Of a DNA stretch of 64,000 nucleotides, positions 14,101 to 27,235 are shown in pieces. Within the stretch, counting starts at the first letter, position 1, and each line of letters opens with the position of its first letter. The stretch lies in NCBI RefSeq assembly GCF_009914755.1, contig NC_060932.1; one strand, written 5' to 3'. This DNA is from the human T2T-CHM13v2.0 reference genome, Homo sapiens. The notes under the pieces are model-generated. The model made no database searches, was not told the DNA's origin, and worked only from the letters and a program-made list of their open reading frames with translations. Both the position numbers and the translations under genes were made by a program.

Positions 14101-14334
14101 TCCCTCTCATCTTCCAGGTCTAAGCCCCCCACGTTCCAGTTTCTAAATGTACATCTGCTGGGTCCTCCTCAGGTGACTACTATAGAGACAAGCAGCCCCT
14201 TGAAGAGAAGCCATCCCAACCCCCATGCACACACCACTCCTCACCAGATCAGAACCCCACAAGAGATAATCTCAACATTCGTCTAAACACATCCACTACC
14301 ACTTCATTATGTGTTACATAATGAGCTCTTTACC

Positions 14335-14510
14335 ACTGGAGGCATTCAAGAGATGACTAGCTTCGGGGGTTCTGGGGTGCTAGTAATGTTCTGTCTCTTG
14401 TTAAGAGTGCTGGTTACATGGACATGATTTCCTTATGAGAATTCACTGAGCAATACATTTGTGAAATGTACACTTTTCTATAAGAACGTTATACTTAAAT
14501 AAAAATGCTT
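14335..14510 (+). mobile_element. L1ME/MC 3'-end fragment
   Basis: ttctggggtgctagtaatgttctgtctcttg...ggttacatgg...tgtacacttttc...ttatacttaaataaaaa. Confidence 0.65.
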
Positions 14511-14795
14511 AAAAATCAGAAGTGATTGGGATTGGCTCACCATTTGCAGGAAGGAGATGGGTCTAGAACATCTTGGAGATCCTTCATGGAGGCCATTGAG
14601 GCATTAACACTGAGGCTCTAATGAGGGTACTGTGCCTGCTCACCACCGTGTGCCTCCCACCAGCACAGGGCTCCCACCCAGCACATGGAAAGGCAGAGGC
14701 AGAAATCCGTCCAATAAGCAAGTGAGTTGAGGACCCACTGAGTACACAGAGGAGGGAGGGAAGGAGGGAGGGAAGAAGGGAGGGAGTACACAGAA

Positions 14796-15623
14796 GGATG
14801 GATGGGTGGATAAATGGATGGATGGATGGATGGATGAGTGGGTGGGTGAATAGATGAGTGGGTGGATGGATGGATGGATGGATGGATGGATGGATGGATG
14901 GATGAGTGGGTAAATGGATATAAATGGGTAAGTGGGTTGGTGGGTGGATGGGTGGATGGATAGATGGATGAGTGGGTGGGTGGGTAGGTAGATGGGTAGG
15001 TGGATGGATGGGTGGATGAATAGATGGATGGGTGAGTGGGTGGATGGATAGATGGATGAAGGAGTGGGTGGGTGGATGAATAGATGGATGGATGGGTGGG
15101 TGGGTAGGTGGATGAATGGGTGGATGGGTGGACGGATGGATGGTGGATGGGTAGATGGGTGAAGGGATGCATGGTGAATGAATGGATTGATGGACGGGTG
15201 GACGGGTGGGTGAACAGATGGATGGTGGATGGTTGGGTAGGTGGATGGATAAATAGTGGATGAATGGTGAATGAATGTATGGGTAGATGGGTGGGTGGAC
15301 AGATGGATGGTGGATGGGTGGATGAGTGGGTAGATGGGTGTATGGATGGGTGAGTGGGTAGGTGGGTAGATGGGTGAATGGTGGATGGATGGATAGGTAG
15401 ATGAGTGGTGGATGGGTGGGTGGATGGATAGATGGTGGGTGGATGAATGGTGAATGGGTGAGTGGATGGTTGGATGGATGGATGGATGGATGGATGGATG
15501 GATGGATGGATAAGTGGGTGGATGGGAGGATGGATGGGGATAGACAGATGGATGGATGTGTAGATGGGTGGATTGATGGGTGGCAGATGCACGGTGGATA
15601 GCTGGGTGGGTGGGTGGATGGAT
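14796..15623. repeat. (TGGA)n/(TGGG)n simple repeat, about 830 bp
   Basis: Read directly. It produces the H/P/S/I-rich ORFs. Confidence 0.97.
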
Positions 15624-18597
15624 GTGTGAATAAGCAGGTGCATGGAGGACTAAGTGAGTACATTGTGAATGGAGAGATGGAGGTGTGAATAACCGCTGCA
15701 TGGAGGAAGAGGTGTATACTGGGGCCTGTTTCACCTACTGCTCTGACCTCATTAGACTCCACTGATGAAAGTGACCCAGGAAAGAGTAGGTGAGGGCAAT
15801 GGGTATCTCCAACTCCTGGGTCTCACCTGATTCCCACCCCTCCTCAGAGCACCATGCTGGGTGTCTCCGCATTCCGAGGTGTCTCTTTGATGTACCCCAG
15901 AATCAGAAGAAACCCCACTTCTGCCCCATTTCTTGGCTGTGTCCATGACATCTACAAAGAGGCAGTGCTTCCTAGAGGGCCCAGAGCAGAGCGAGCCCAG
16001 GTCCGAGAAGGGTGTGGGGAAGAGGAGCTGCCCACAGGCATCTCCTGGCTCCCCAGCATGGCCAGCTACCCTGCTGGACATTACCAAGGAGGCCCCACTC
16101 CTCTGGGCCCACCCCATGGCGCCCTAGTAGGCCCTTCATCTGGGTCTGCTGGGCAGTTCTACTGAAGGGTGGAGCTAAAGGGAGAAGGAAAAACGCGATG
16201 GACTACTCCAGGAGCCCAGCCCTGGTCCCAGGGAAAACACCACAGTTGGAGCCTTCAGTAAGGAGATCCCAACTGCATGACAGAGTTCAAGGCCCTCTGC
16301 CTTGGTGTGTGTGGCCTTATCTGCGTCAGGTTCCTCATCTGTAAAGTGGGGGAGGTGAGTGCATGCGTGTGGAGGCTCCGTGCTCCTCTGGCACCAGCCT
16401 GTGGGGTCTGCTTGGTGCTGTATTCTGCAGCCCTTCCAAGAGGCCCACTCTGGCCCAGGAATTGTGCTGGCCCTGCAGGTGCACGGGAAAACACACACAG
16501 GTAGGGCCTGGAGCAGAAAACATAGTATTTATTAAAGAAAAAGGCTGGGACTGAGGCAGGCAGTGAGAGGAAAGGCTGGGAAGACTTCTTGGAGGACAAG
16601 CCCCTGTAAGACAGGTTAAAAGAGCCAACCAAGGAACATACCCCCTGCATGTGCTAAGCAGGGTGGCAGGGAAGGGGTTGAAGCAGCCACTGGGCTTAGC
16701 TGCCCCTAGACTGCACCCTGGACTGCAACCAACTGTTTGGGTTTCCAGCTCCCTCCTCCTCACTCAAGGCCAGGCCTTATCTTGTCATCTAGACTGTCCC
16801 CAGAGCCTCAGAGCCTTGGAGCAGCACAGACCTGGCAGGGCCAGGTGCTCGCCCAGAGTGTGAACCACGTACCAAAAACTGCACCAAGAGTGCCAGGAAA
16901 AAAAATGGAAAATGCTGTCTGTTTCACGAAAAGTCTGTTTAAGGTGCCGTTTATGAATGAGAAAAGGAAGCTATCTCAAGGCACTCTGTTTTCCAGCAGG
17001 TACAGGCCTGGGAGCAAGGCACCTCCAGGGACCCCAAAGCTGTTTCTCAGAGTGTACCCTGCCCCCAGCCAGTCAGCTCAATCCCCACAGCAACCACTCC
17101 TAGCTTCAGCTGGGCCCCGAGGTTCTGGGGAAATACTGCCCCTGATGTACGGCTTCCGCTCCTGCAAACTGTAGCAAGAAAAGGAAAAACCCACCTCTCC
17201 TTCCCTACCTAAGCCCGATTTCAAATTGTCCTCTACACTCTGCAGATGAGATCTGATTTCTAAGATCTGATGGTTTCTTCTTTTTTAATGATCCTGAAGG
17301 TGATAACAGCTCAGGTCACAGATGTTAGATTGGAGAAAGAAGTGTCATGGAGACTCTAACTCTGTTGGATCGTGGGGAGAGGCTAAAGCGCCTGCTGAAG
17401 GAAGGTCACATGTGTGTTCCAGGGGTCCCTTACACACCATTTGGCCCCAAGCAGGCCAAATCCAAATAAAACTCCTCCACCCCTGTCCAGACCCTGGCCC
17501 AGCACTCCTGACTTTCACCACTTCCACCAACAGGTGGTGGGGCGGGGGTTGGGGGGAAACTCAGACTGAACCCCTAATCAAAAGGAAACTACAGGGTACC
17601 TACGAGGGTCTCCCATGCAAAGGTCTAGCACTTCACAAGTTTAGAACTAAACATAATCTCCGCAGAAATAGCTACAAGTGGCACAGACATCAAAGGAAGC
17701 AAATGGGGAGGAATGGAAACAGAGCCTGATAAATGATGTAACTGAATTTGCCCTTTGCGGGGCCCAGCTGGACTCCCGTTCTTCCCTGGTTATGACAATG
17801 GTCACTGTGCCCCGGGATCCCCAGAGAGCTGGGGTGAGACTCAGGGTAATATCCCTCCAAAGCCTTTTAGGAAGGCTCGGCCACAGATTCAACGCAAAGT
17901 GGTAATTACATACGTTTTAAAAATCCATTTCACAGGGCAAGCTAATAGCTGCATCTGAGAAGAAGCCTTCATTCGTGGCCGCCCAGCACCAGCGGCTCCT
18001 GTCCCAGCCTTGGAGATTTGGGCAAAAAGTTAAAGCATGCTCAAGAAATAGCTCAAGGTTAGATTAAAAATCAAAACGCCAATGAAGATTAACCTGACTC
18101 ATTAATATCACTGCCCAATAGGAGACAAATCCTTGGAGGGCGAGGCTTGGGGCCGGGTTTTGTTCTAGGCCTAGGAGCATCTTAATTTGCATTTATATTA
18201 AAAAAAGAAAAAAAAACAAACAGAATTAACTGGAAAGGTGCTTTGTTTCCTGTAAATTTGAACTCTTGTGCTAAACAGCTTCTTAGGGCAGAGAGCGGAG
18301 GCTCGATCAGGCTTCGTCCAAGAGCGTGGATTCCGTTCCTACTAAGTGCCGGCCACACTGTGCCTGGCAGCTGCAGCCCGCGGGATCTCAGCTGGACCTT
18401 AAAAGTCAGCCTGTCAGGTAGTTATTGTGAGACATCTCTTCTGCAGGTGGGGAAACTGAGGTCAGGAGTTGGGAAATGACCTCTCTCTGGTCTTTACACT
18501 ATGGCCGAATTCAGATTCCAAGCCAGGTCTGTGGGTTCCAAGTTGAACATCTTTCCACAACAGGACAGCTGTGTTAGTGTTAGAGCTGTCTTTTATT

Positions 18598-18632
<35 letters not shown>

Positions 18633-18651
18633 GCGCGCGCGCGCACACACA

Positions 18652-18685
<34 letters not shown>
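18598..18685. repeat. (CA)n with embedded (CG)n; alternating purine-pyrimidine tract
   Basis: cacatacacatacacac...acgcgcgcgcgcgcacac...acgcgcgcacac. Confidence 0.95.
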
Positions 18686-20732
18686 TTTTTTTCCCAACCT
18701 TTCTTTCCAGAAAATCAGTGGAAAGCCCAAAGAAGGAAGCGAGGAAAATCAGCGAATTCCTCAGATGGCCTCTGGTCCCTTATTCATACAAGTCCCACAG
18801 CCCCTGAGGCGAAGCCGACACCCTCCATTTAGCTACACTTCCCTTGACAGCTTCTCTTTGGAGTTTTAACCGTTACAGGCATACACCCAGAGCTACCAAT
18901 CAGAATCAACCATGGAAACACACCTCAGTAAGAACTTCATCAGTCTCCACAATGCATTTCTTAAGGAAAACTGGCACATTTCAGAGTTTGCTTTTAACAC
19001 CAATCCTCTCCTCGATGTTGTCGCTCAACTCTCGGGATCAGCCAAGCATTTTATGTGCCTGTTTTACTACTGGAAGCCAGCATGCTAGCCAAATTCACCT
19101 GTCTTCCATCTTCAACCCTAAAGGCATGTTTAAGGGCCTTGGGGCTTTCTCCTTTCCCCAGGGGTGGCCAGTTTCAGAGGCATATTTCTTACTCTCCAGC
19201 TCTCCAGCAAACAGGCCCCTGTCTCCCAGAATCACTGCCCTGTGCATCTGCGTGCCACTGCCACAGTTTAAAGCCAGAGAAAATGGCAATGACTGGCCCT
19301 CTCAGAAGCTGGAAACACAGTGTGGGAAGGGAAGGAGTCATCTGTGTTTGGGGTGCTGGGCAAAGGGCGTGGGGCAAGCAAGAGCCAAGCTGATTATGTA
19401 GATAACAGAAGGACAATTTCCTTCACAAACAGAAAAACCTGCACCAATGAATTAAACATTTAAAACAAGATGACTCTCTAAAAAGTATTTTCAACCAAGA
19501 AGGAAAGACAGGCCGTCCTGTGCTGGCGCTTCCTGTTGCATATGGCACTGAGAAATCCTTTTTTTTTCAGTATGCAGAGATTTCCAGACAAAGAAAAATA
19601 TCAAGAGGGAAATTAGAGGAGGAGGTCCAGAGAAGCGAGACAGGAGGAGCTGGGAAGAAGGGAGGGGGGAAGGAGGAGGTCCCTGCCCAGGGCACAGGGG
19701 TGTGAAGCCCTGAGGGGTGCAGGAAACAGACCACCCCCACTAACACACTGGCCTTGGCAAGTCCAAGGAGATGGCCCTAGAGAGGCAGCCTGCCTCACTG
19801 GGGCAAGTGAACCACAGAGACACCACCCTGCCTCCTGCCATGCAGGGTATCCACCACGTCCACCCGAATGAAGGTACCTGCCCCAGCTCCCACAGGTCTC
19901 CAAGTATAACGTCCGGGAGTCCTCCCAGCCCCCAGCCTTAGAGGGGACACTGCCCTCGGGACCGACCAGAGACCCTGCTCTGTGAATAGCGCCCTTGGCA
20001 GTGGGGCTGGCGGGCATCCCTGCAGTTTACCAGCTGGACCCCCTCTCGTGACTGGGGCTCAAGTTCCCTGGTTTCTGGGCAATGTCTAGACTGGCCTTTC
20101 CCAGTGTCACAGCCTAGGGAGTGGGCAGGTTCTGCCCTGCCCCCACTCTCCACCTCTACTGAGAGCAATTGAGGGGCTGCCACCCCCAACGCAAGCACCA
20201 GAGAGCAAACTCTCTCCTCCCAGGGGCCTGGGAAGTCCAAGCTCCAGAACTGGAACTCAGGGGAAAAAAGGAGCCGGGCGGGGGGAAGAGAGATGAAATC
20301 TGAGCTCAGAGAAGCCTGGAGCGGGGCCCAGGGGCTACGGAGGGTCAGTGCCTCTCACGCCCCAGGCGCACTCCCCTGCCACCTGAGTCCCTCTAGGAGC
20401 CATGGGTGCCAGGCCAGCCCTCTCCAACTCCCAGAGAGGTAGTAAGTGTAAGGCTCAGAGCCCCGCGCAGCCCAGCCCGCGCCGGGGCGGTGGGTGGGTG
20501 GGTGTCTGCTATGGGATTATTCTTAGCGCTCCACTCTCTTCGCAAAAGTGGCGCCTCCGCCCTCCCGGCTCAGGCACACTCGCTCGGGGCTCGCACGCCC
20601 GGCCCAGACACCAGCGCGGTGGAGAGCACCGGGTGGGGTCCCCGAAGGGTGAGGCTCGGAGGCGCCGCGGAGGGGGGGCTCCCTAGAGAGGAGGGGGCGC
20701 TGCGGGAAGGCCCCCAAGGGAGGCTGCGTTTA

Positions 20733-22190
<1,458 letters not shown>

Positions 22191-22221
22191 CTACGTGCGT
22201 GCGCGCCGTTGGGAGCCCGAA

Positions 22222-22272
22222 TGTGTGTGTGCGCGTGTGTATGTGCGTGTGTGTGTGTGTGTGTGTGTGCGC
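22222..22272. repeat. (TG)n microsatellite within the CpG island
   Basis: Read directly. Confidence 0.95.
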
Positions 22273-23042
22273 TTGGCAGCCCCGCTCCGGCGGGAGGGCC
22301 TCGGGGAGCGGGGGCCGGGCTACGCCGAGGCCGGGCCTCCCTCCCTCCCTCCCTCCCGCAGCCTCCAGGGCGCGCCACCTCCCGCCTGGTCCCCAGCCAG
22401 CTGGCGAGGCTGCTGTGGCAGCTCCCGCTGCAGACCCAGCGCGGCGCAGGGCGCACGCGGAGGGAGCCCGGGAGGGGCGGCCTGAGCCGCCAGGGAGGGG
22501 GCGGGGGCGGAGCCGCCGGCGGGTTTTGGCGGGGGATGGGAGGATAAACGCGGCTTCTTGGGTCCTTCTAGCCCCGCTCCCCAAGAGCGCAAGCAGCCCT
22601 GGCGGGTGGAGAGTTTGAGGGACTCGGGGTTGGAGGAGGAAAACGGGATTCAGCCAGAGATGGCAGGCTGACAGCTTCAGGCAGATTGGGCAGAGAGTGG
22701 GGAGCAGAAGGGGAGGGGGCCATGGGCACACAGGAGAGCGGCAGCAGCGGTTCACGAAGTCTTCCCCACCCCCCACCCCCCACCTAGCCACCCGGCGCGG
22801 GAGCGTGTCATTGGCCAGGGACATGGCCTCGTGGAGTGGTGGGGTCCCGAGGGCTGCCTCGGCCCCCTCGCCTCCCAGCGGCACAGCCCGCTTGGGCCAG
22901 CACCTGCAGACCCGAGTCGTTTCCCTGGAGAGCGCTAAGGACAGCATGGGCCGCCACTTTTGGAGTCAGGACAGCGGGGAAAGACATCGCAATCCCCCGA
23001 CCCAGTAACCTCTCTGTTGCTTTACTGAAGGAAAAAAAAAAA

Positions 23043-23043
<1 letters not shown>

Positions 23044-23113
<70 letters not shown>

Positions 23114-23142
23114 CACTCTTTGATATATATAATCACTCTTTG
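23044..23142. repeat. (CA)n(TA)n microsatellite followed by a 20-bp tandem duplication (atatatataatcactctttg x2)
   Basis: Read directly. The duplication is at 23103-23142. Confidence 0.92.
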
Positions 23143-24075
23143 GTTCCCCACAGCTGGGCGCAAGGTGCGCCGTGGATGCAGCCCTGAGCCACGCGATAGC
23201 CCCCTCGAGACCACCTGGGGTAGGAACACGAGGCTCGGGCTGGGGCGCACCTATTCCCTGCTTCCAGATGAGCCCTCTCCAGGCTTTATCTCCTTCCCAT
23301 TTTGGCCTCCTTTACCTCCTCCCCCTCCCCGCCCTCTCCCTTTAGGCTATCGAGGGGCTTTTCCTTGACCTTCGGCTTCCTGAATCCCGCCTGGAGCCCT
23401 GGAGCTCCAAAAGGACAGACCCAAGCCTCAGAGACCCCTGGGCTCCTCTTCCTCTCCTGACCCCAGCCAAGGAAGGGATGGAGATGGGAAAGAGTTGCCT
23501 GGCGGCAGGCTAGCAGCTGGCCAAGGGGTGGCTGGGGAATCAGACCTAACCCTCGGGCAGCTCGCGGGCTCCAGGAGACCAGTCCCTTCTGTGGGTCGCC
23601 CCCTGGAGCGGTGCTCGGGCTCCCTGGCCTCAGGGACCCCGGGCCCAGAGGGTCTGGGACCCCAGTGATTCACCGAGGCCTCCCAGCTGGGACGCTCTGC
23701 ACCCCACTTTCAGGGATCACGGGTGCCCACCAGGGAAGGGGAGCCCGCGCTGTGGGCTACGTCTGAGCCGTCAGGTCCTCGCTGGGTCTGCGGGCGCCCT
23801 GGGGCGAGGGAGCGGGGAGCCCTACCCCGAGCAGGCACTCTCCCCAGATTCATTTTGGAAACCAAGGCCCCCGCGCTCGGCAAGTGAGCCTGGCTGCCGG
23901 GTGAGTCACCGCGAGCGGGCGACAAGGATTCCCAGCAGCTGGTAATTAATTGCGCCGTGGCTCAGCCCACGACGGAACCCCAGTCAGGCCTCCCGCCGCC
24001 CTGGCAGCGGCGCCACCCCTGAGTCACAGCCGTCGGGCCTCCGCGCGGTCCGGAAGCCGCCTGCCCGCCTCGGCG

Positions 24076-24089
24076 CCACCAGGGGGCAC
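24076..24089 (+). promoter_or_regulatory. CTCF core motif
   Basis: CCACCAGGGGGCAC fits CCASYAGRKGGCRS fully. It lies in the CpG-rich lobe ~2.9 kb upstream of the KCNK9 ATG. Confidence 0.7.
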
Positions 24090-24769
24090 TGGACTCCGAC
24101 CCACGCGGCGGCCGCGCAGCCGGCCTCGCTGCGGGGAAGTCCAGGCTGTCCCCGCGGCAGCGCGGGCGGGGGAGGGGCGCGCCGGCAGACGCCGCGCTCT
24201 GCAGAGCCACTTCGATTTGGTTTACGGAACTCCATTTGCATACAGCCTTTCAGGAAAGCGCAACCGCTGTATGAGTACTGGAAGGACCTCTGAGATGAAT
24301 TACTCCAAACCCCTTGTTTTACAGATGGGAAAACTTCCAGCAAGACAGGATCACGTGCCCAGGATCCCACAGTGATTCCGATGTGGAGCCAGCCCTGGAA
24401 GCCTCTCCGTGGCTTAAGGACCCCCGCTGCTTTCTGGCCCCAAGCTTAGAGTGCCTTGAGTGGCCACCTACCAGCCCCCAGACCCTGGTTCTTCCTCTCT
24501 TCCACCCGTGGGAATAGACCCGTGGACTCAGGACCTCCCAGGCAGTGTCTGAGCCGTGGAAGCAGAGGGTTCCTCGTCCGCCCGTCCACACCCCACATGT
24601 GCCACTTTCCAAGGCGCTGGACCTGCGGGTGGAATGGGAGCTCCTGGGAGCAAAGCCTGGGGCTCAATCAAGCATCCTCCCTACATCCCCAGCATCCATC
24701 CCGGATGGTGTGTGCCACACAGCAGCCCAGAGAGTCTGGCTGGGGGCAGCGCCTCTGCGTGCCTGCCTC

Positions 24770-25000
24770 CCTGGCAGCCCGGGTGGGTCTGGGTGTCCCA
24801 ACTCTAGCCCCACCTCGAGAAGCGTGTGGAACTGAGGTGTGGCCAATCAGAGTCCAGAATTCCCCAGAGCCACGGTGATTGGCTGGATTTGGACGTGTGA
24901 AGGCCCACCTCAACCAATCAGAGCCCTCCTCTGGGTAGGGCTGTCAGCAGATAGGTGACCTGAGGAGGGAGGCGGGTCCTTCCCGACTCTTTGAGAACCC
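24770..25000. mobile_element. Probable ancient ERVL-type (LTR16/LTR33-like) LTR remnant with three CCAAT boxes
   Basis: The pattern ggccaatcagag...ccccagagccacggtgattgg...gtgtga...aaccaatcagag resembles LTR16-family consensus as recalled. Confidence 0.45.
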
Positions 25001-25543
25001 CAATGCAGGCACGTGGCGCACACGCGAGCCACCCAACTGGGGTGAGCAAGTGCATTCTCTTGTGGGCTTAAGCCACAGTCAGTTGGTCCCAAGCCTGTCC
25101 GGTGCTCCTGGTGCCCATGCGCTGTGTTTACAGCCTGTCTGCGCCCTCCAGCAGCCCCAACATGGGCCTCCCTTGGACCTCAGTTTCTGTAAAAACAGAT
25201 GTACCTTATTAGCTAATAAAGAACATCATGGTTTTATAACTCTATCTGCTTGCTGCCTACTTGTTTGCTTCATTCTTTACACACAGTGGGTGTGCCTGCA
25301 GCCCCTGTTCTTACCCAGAGAGGCCCAGCAGTTTATCCTGGTCCCACAGTGAGTAAGGGAGGACCCAATTCCCAGGCCAGTACTTCTTCCACATCACCGC
25401 AGTGTGTCTGGGCCAGGGTGGGCTGTCTGCTGCTCCACGACATCCTGATTCCTTGGTATGTTCAACGCTTTGTCACATTAATGCCCACATCTTTGAAAAT
25501 AGGCAGGGGTGCACACTCATCATACCCATTTTACAGATGGGGA

Positions 25544-25748
25544 AGGCTAAAGAGGGGAGTGGGGCCATGGGTGGGCTCACTGATCCTGGCGTACAGCCTG
25601 CCCTTCCCTCCACCTCTGCCCGGGGCAGACATCGCTCATTGATCTCAGCACTGTCTTTGGCTGGGATCTAGTACAGCCAGAGAATCTTGAACACAGGGGT
25701 ACACATAAGGCCATTCCTGGACTTAACACTGACCTATGTCCTTTCAAG
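25544..25748 (+). repeat. 205-bp dispersed direct repeat, copy A
   Basis: Ungapped match to 27031-27235 (offset 1487), 20 mismatches by hand count (~90% identity). Confidence 0.95.
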
Positions 25749-26479
25749 GAAGGTAAGGCACCAAGGAGTCCAGTGGCCCCAAATCACAGAGAGAGTCTGT
25801 GATGAGTCTCCTCTTCCTCAGTGGCCTCCCTGCCCAAAGTAGATATTCCTCACTCTGCTCTTAGCTGATTTCTCAAGGCCAGTGACATTTGCACAGTTGA
25901 TGGCACAGCTGATAACTTTAGACCTCCAGCAGTGTCAGATTCCGGAGAAAAGCACTCCCAAGACAGGCAGCCATGCTCATCCAGGGGTTCCCAGCCTCCT
26001 CTTCAGGATGTGAACAAGTGTGTTGTGTGGTTACACAGTTTGAGAAACATTGGGTTAAACGGGGGCAAGTGCAAGACTTCTCAGAGCCTTTGTTCTGCTA
26101 ACAGACATGGTGACCCCTAGATGGGAGTGCTGTGAGCAGTGTTTCCCAAACTCATTCAGCTGCAGCATCGGGTCCTGAGGACTGTGCTTTGGGGAATTGC
26201 TGGCCAGCCCAGATACCTTTACTGGGAGGCAGGAGGTCTTGGTTCCGCTTCTCGCTCTGCATAGACAAGCCCTGCACCAGTTCTGATCCTTCAGCCACCT
26301 CACTGTCCCTGCTGCCTGCAACTGAACCTCCCCTTCTCTTCTCCACCTGCCACCAGGGCCACCTTCTTAACAGGCTGACTCTTGCACATCCATGGTGAAA
26401 ACTGTCCATGAGCCTGTGGGTCAAGTCTAAGCTCAGCCTGGCATTCCCATCCTGATAGCTGGCCTCCATGACCTCTCTC

Positions 26480-26750
26480 GCCCAGCCCCTCCTCCTCATC
26501 TTTTAGGATTCAGCTCTGGCAGTGTCTCCTCCAGAAGTTTCCCTGCCCCTGCAGACTGGACTAGACCCCTGTGTCCCTGCATGTACTCCTGGCAGAATGC
26601 TTCTACCACAATGACTCATTTGGGGGACTGCCACTCTCCCCCCCCCAGACTTTCAGCTCCTTGAAGGCAGGGGCCACATCTGACCCAACCTGGCCACAAA
26701 GGGCCTGCCACACAGTAGGTGCACAATGAATGTTTGATGAGAATGAAAGA
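26480..26750 (+). mobile_element. L2 3'-end fragment
   Basis: ccagactttcagctccttgaaggcaggg...gcctgccacacagtaggtgcacaatgaatgtttg. Confidence 0.6.
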
Positions 26751-27030
26751 ACAGAGTTTGGTTCAATCACCAGTCATCACTCCTTGTGAGACCTCTCACA
26801 GGAAGGCAGAAGAAGTAGATGCAGGAGAGTCAGGGAACACAAGGCTGTGCATATGGCAGAGATGGCCCAGGCCATGACTGAGAGAGTGCCCCCAAGGTTT
26901 AGGCCTTGGCTCTAATGTCTGTGGATGTCCAATATAGCGAGGAGGGAGGAAAAGGAACAAGACAGACAGAGGTGGAAGAGAAATAATAAAGCAGAGAAAG
27001 AGGCTCAAGTGGTGGAAAGAGAGGGGAATG

Positions 27031-27235
27031 AGGCTATAGAGAGGAGTGGGGCCATGGGTGGGCTCACTGATCCTGGCATACAGCCTGCCCTTCCCTCCAC
27101 CTCTGTCCAGAGCAGACATTGCTAATCGATCCCAGCACTGTCTCCGGCTGGGGTCTATTACAGCCTGAGAATCTTGAACGCAGGGGTACACATAAGGCCA
27201 TTCCTGGACTCAGCACTGACCTGTTTCCTTTCAAG
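27031..27235 (+). repeat. 205-bp dispersed direct repeat, copy B
   Basis: Ungapped match to copy A at 25544-25748. Confidence 0.95.

Noticed and set aside
14584-15762. 341-392 aa His/Pro/Ser/Ile-rich ORFs
   Set aside because: Translations of the (TCCA)n simple repeat.
22928-22948. Weak RE1-like sequences (AGCGCTAAGGACAGC here; also ~20611, ~25095, ~61055, ~63630)
   Set aside because: Too many mismatches or non-canonical half-site spacing, as expected by chance in GC-rich DNA.
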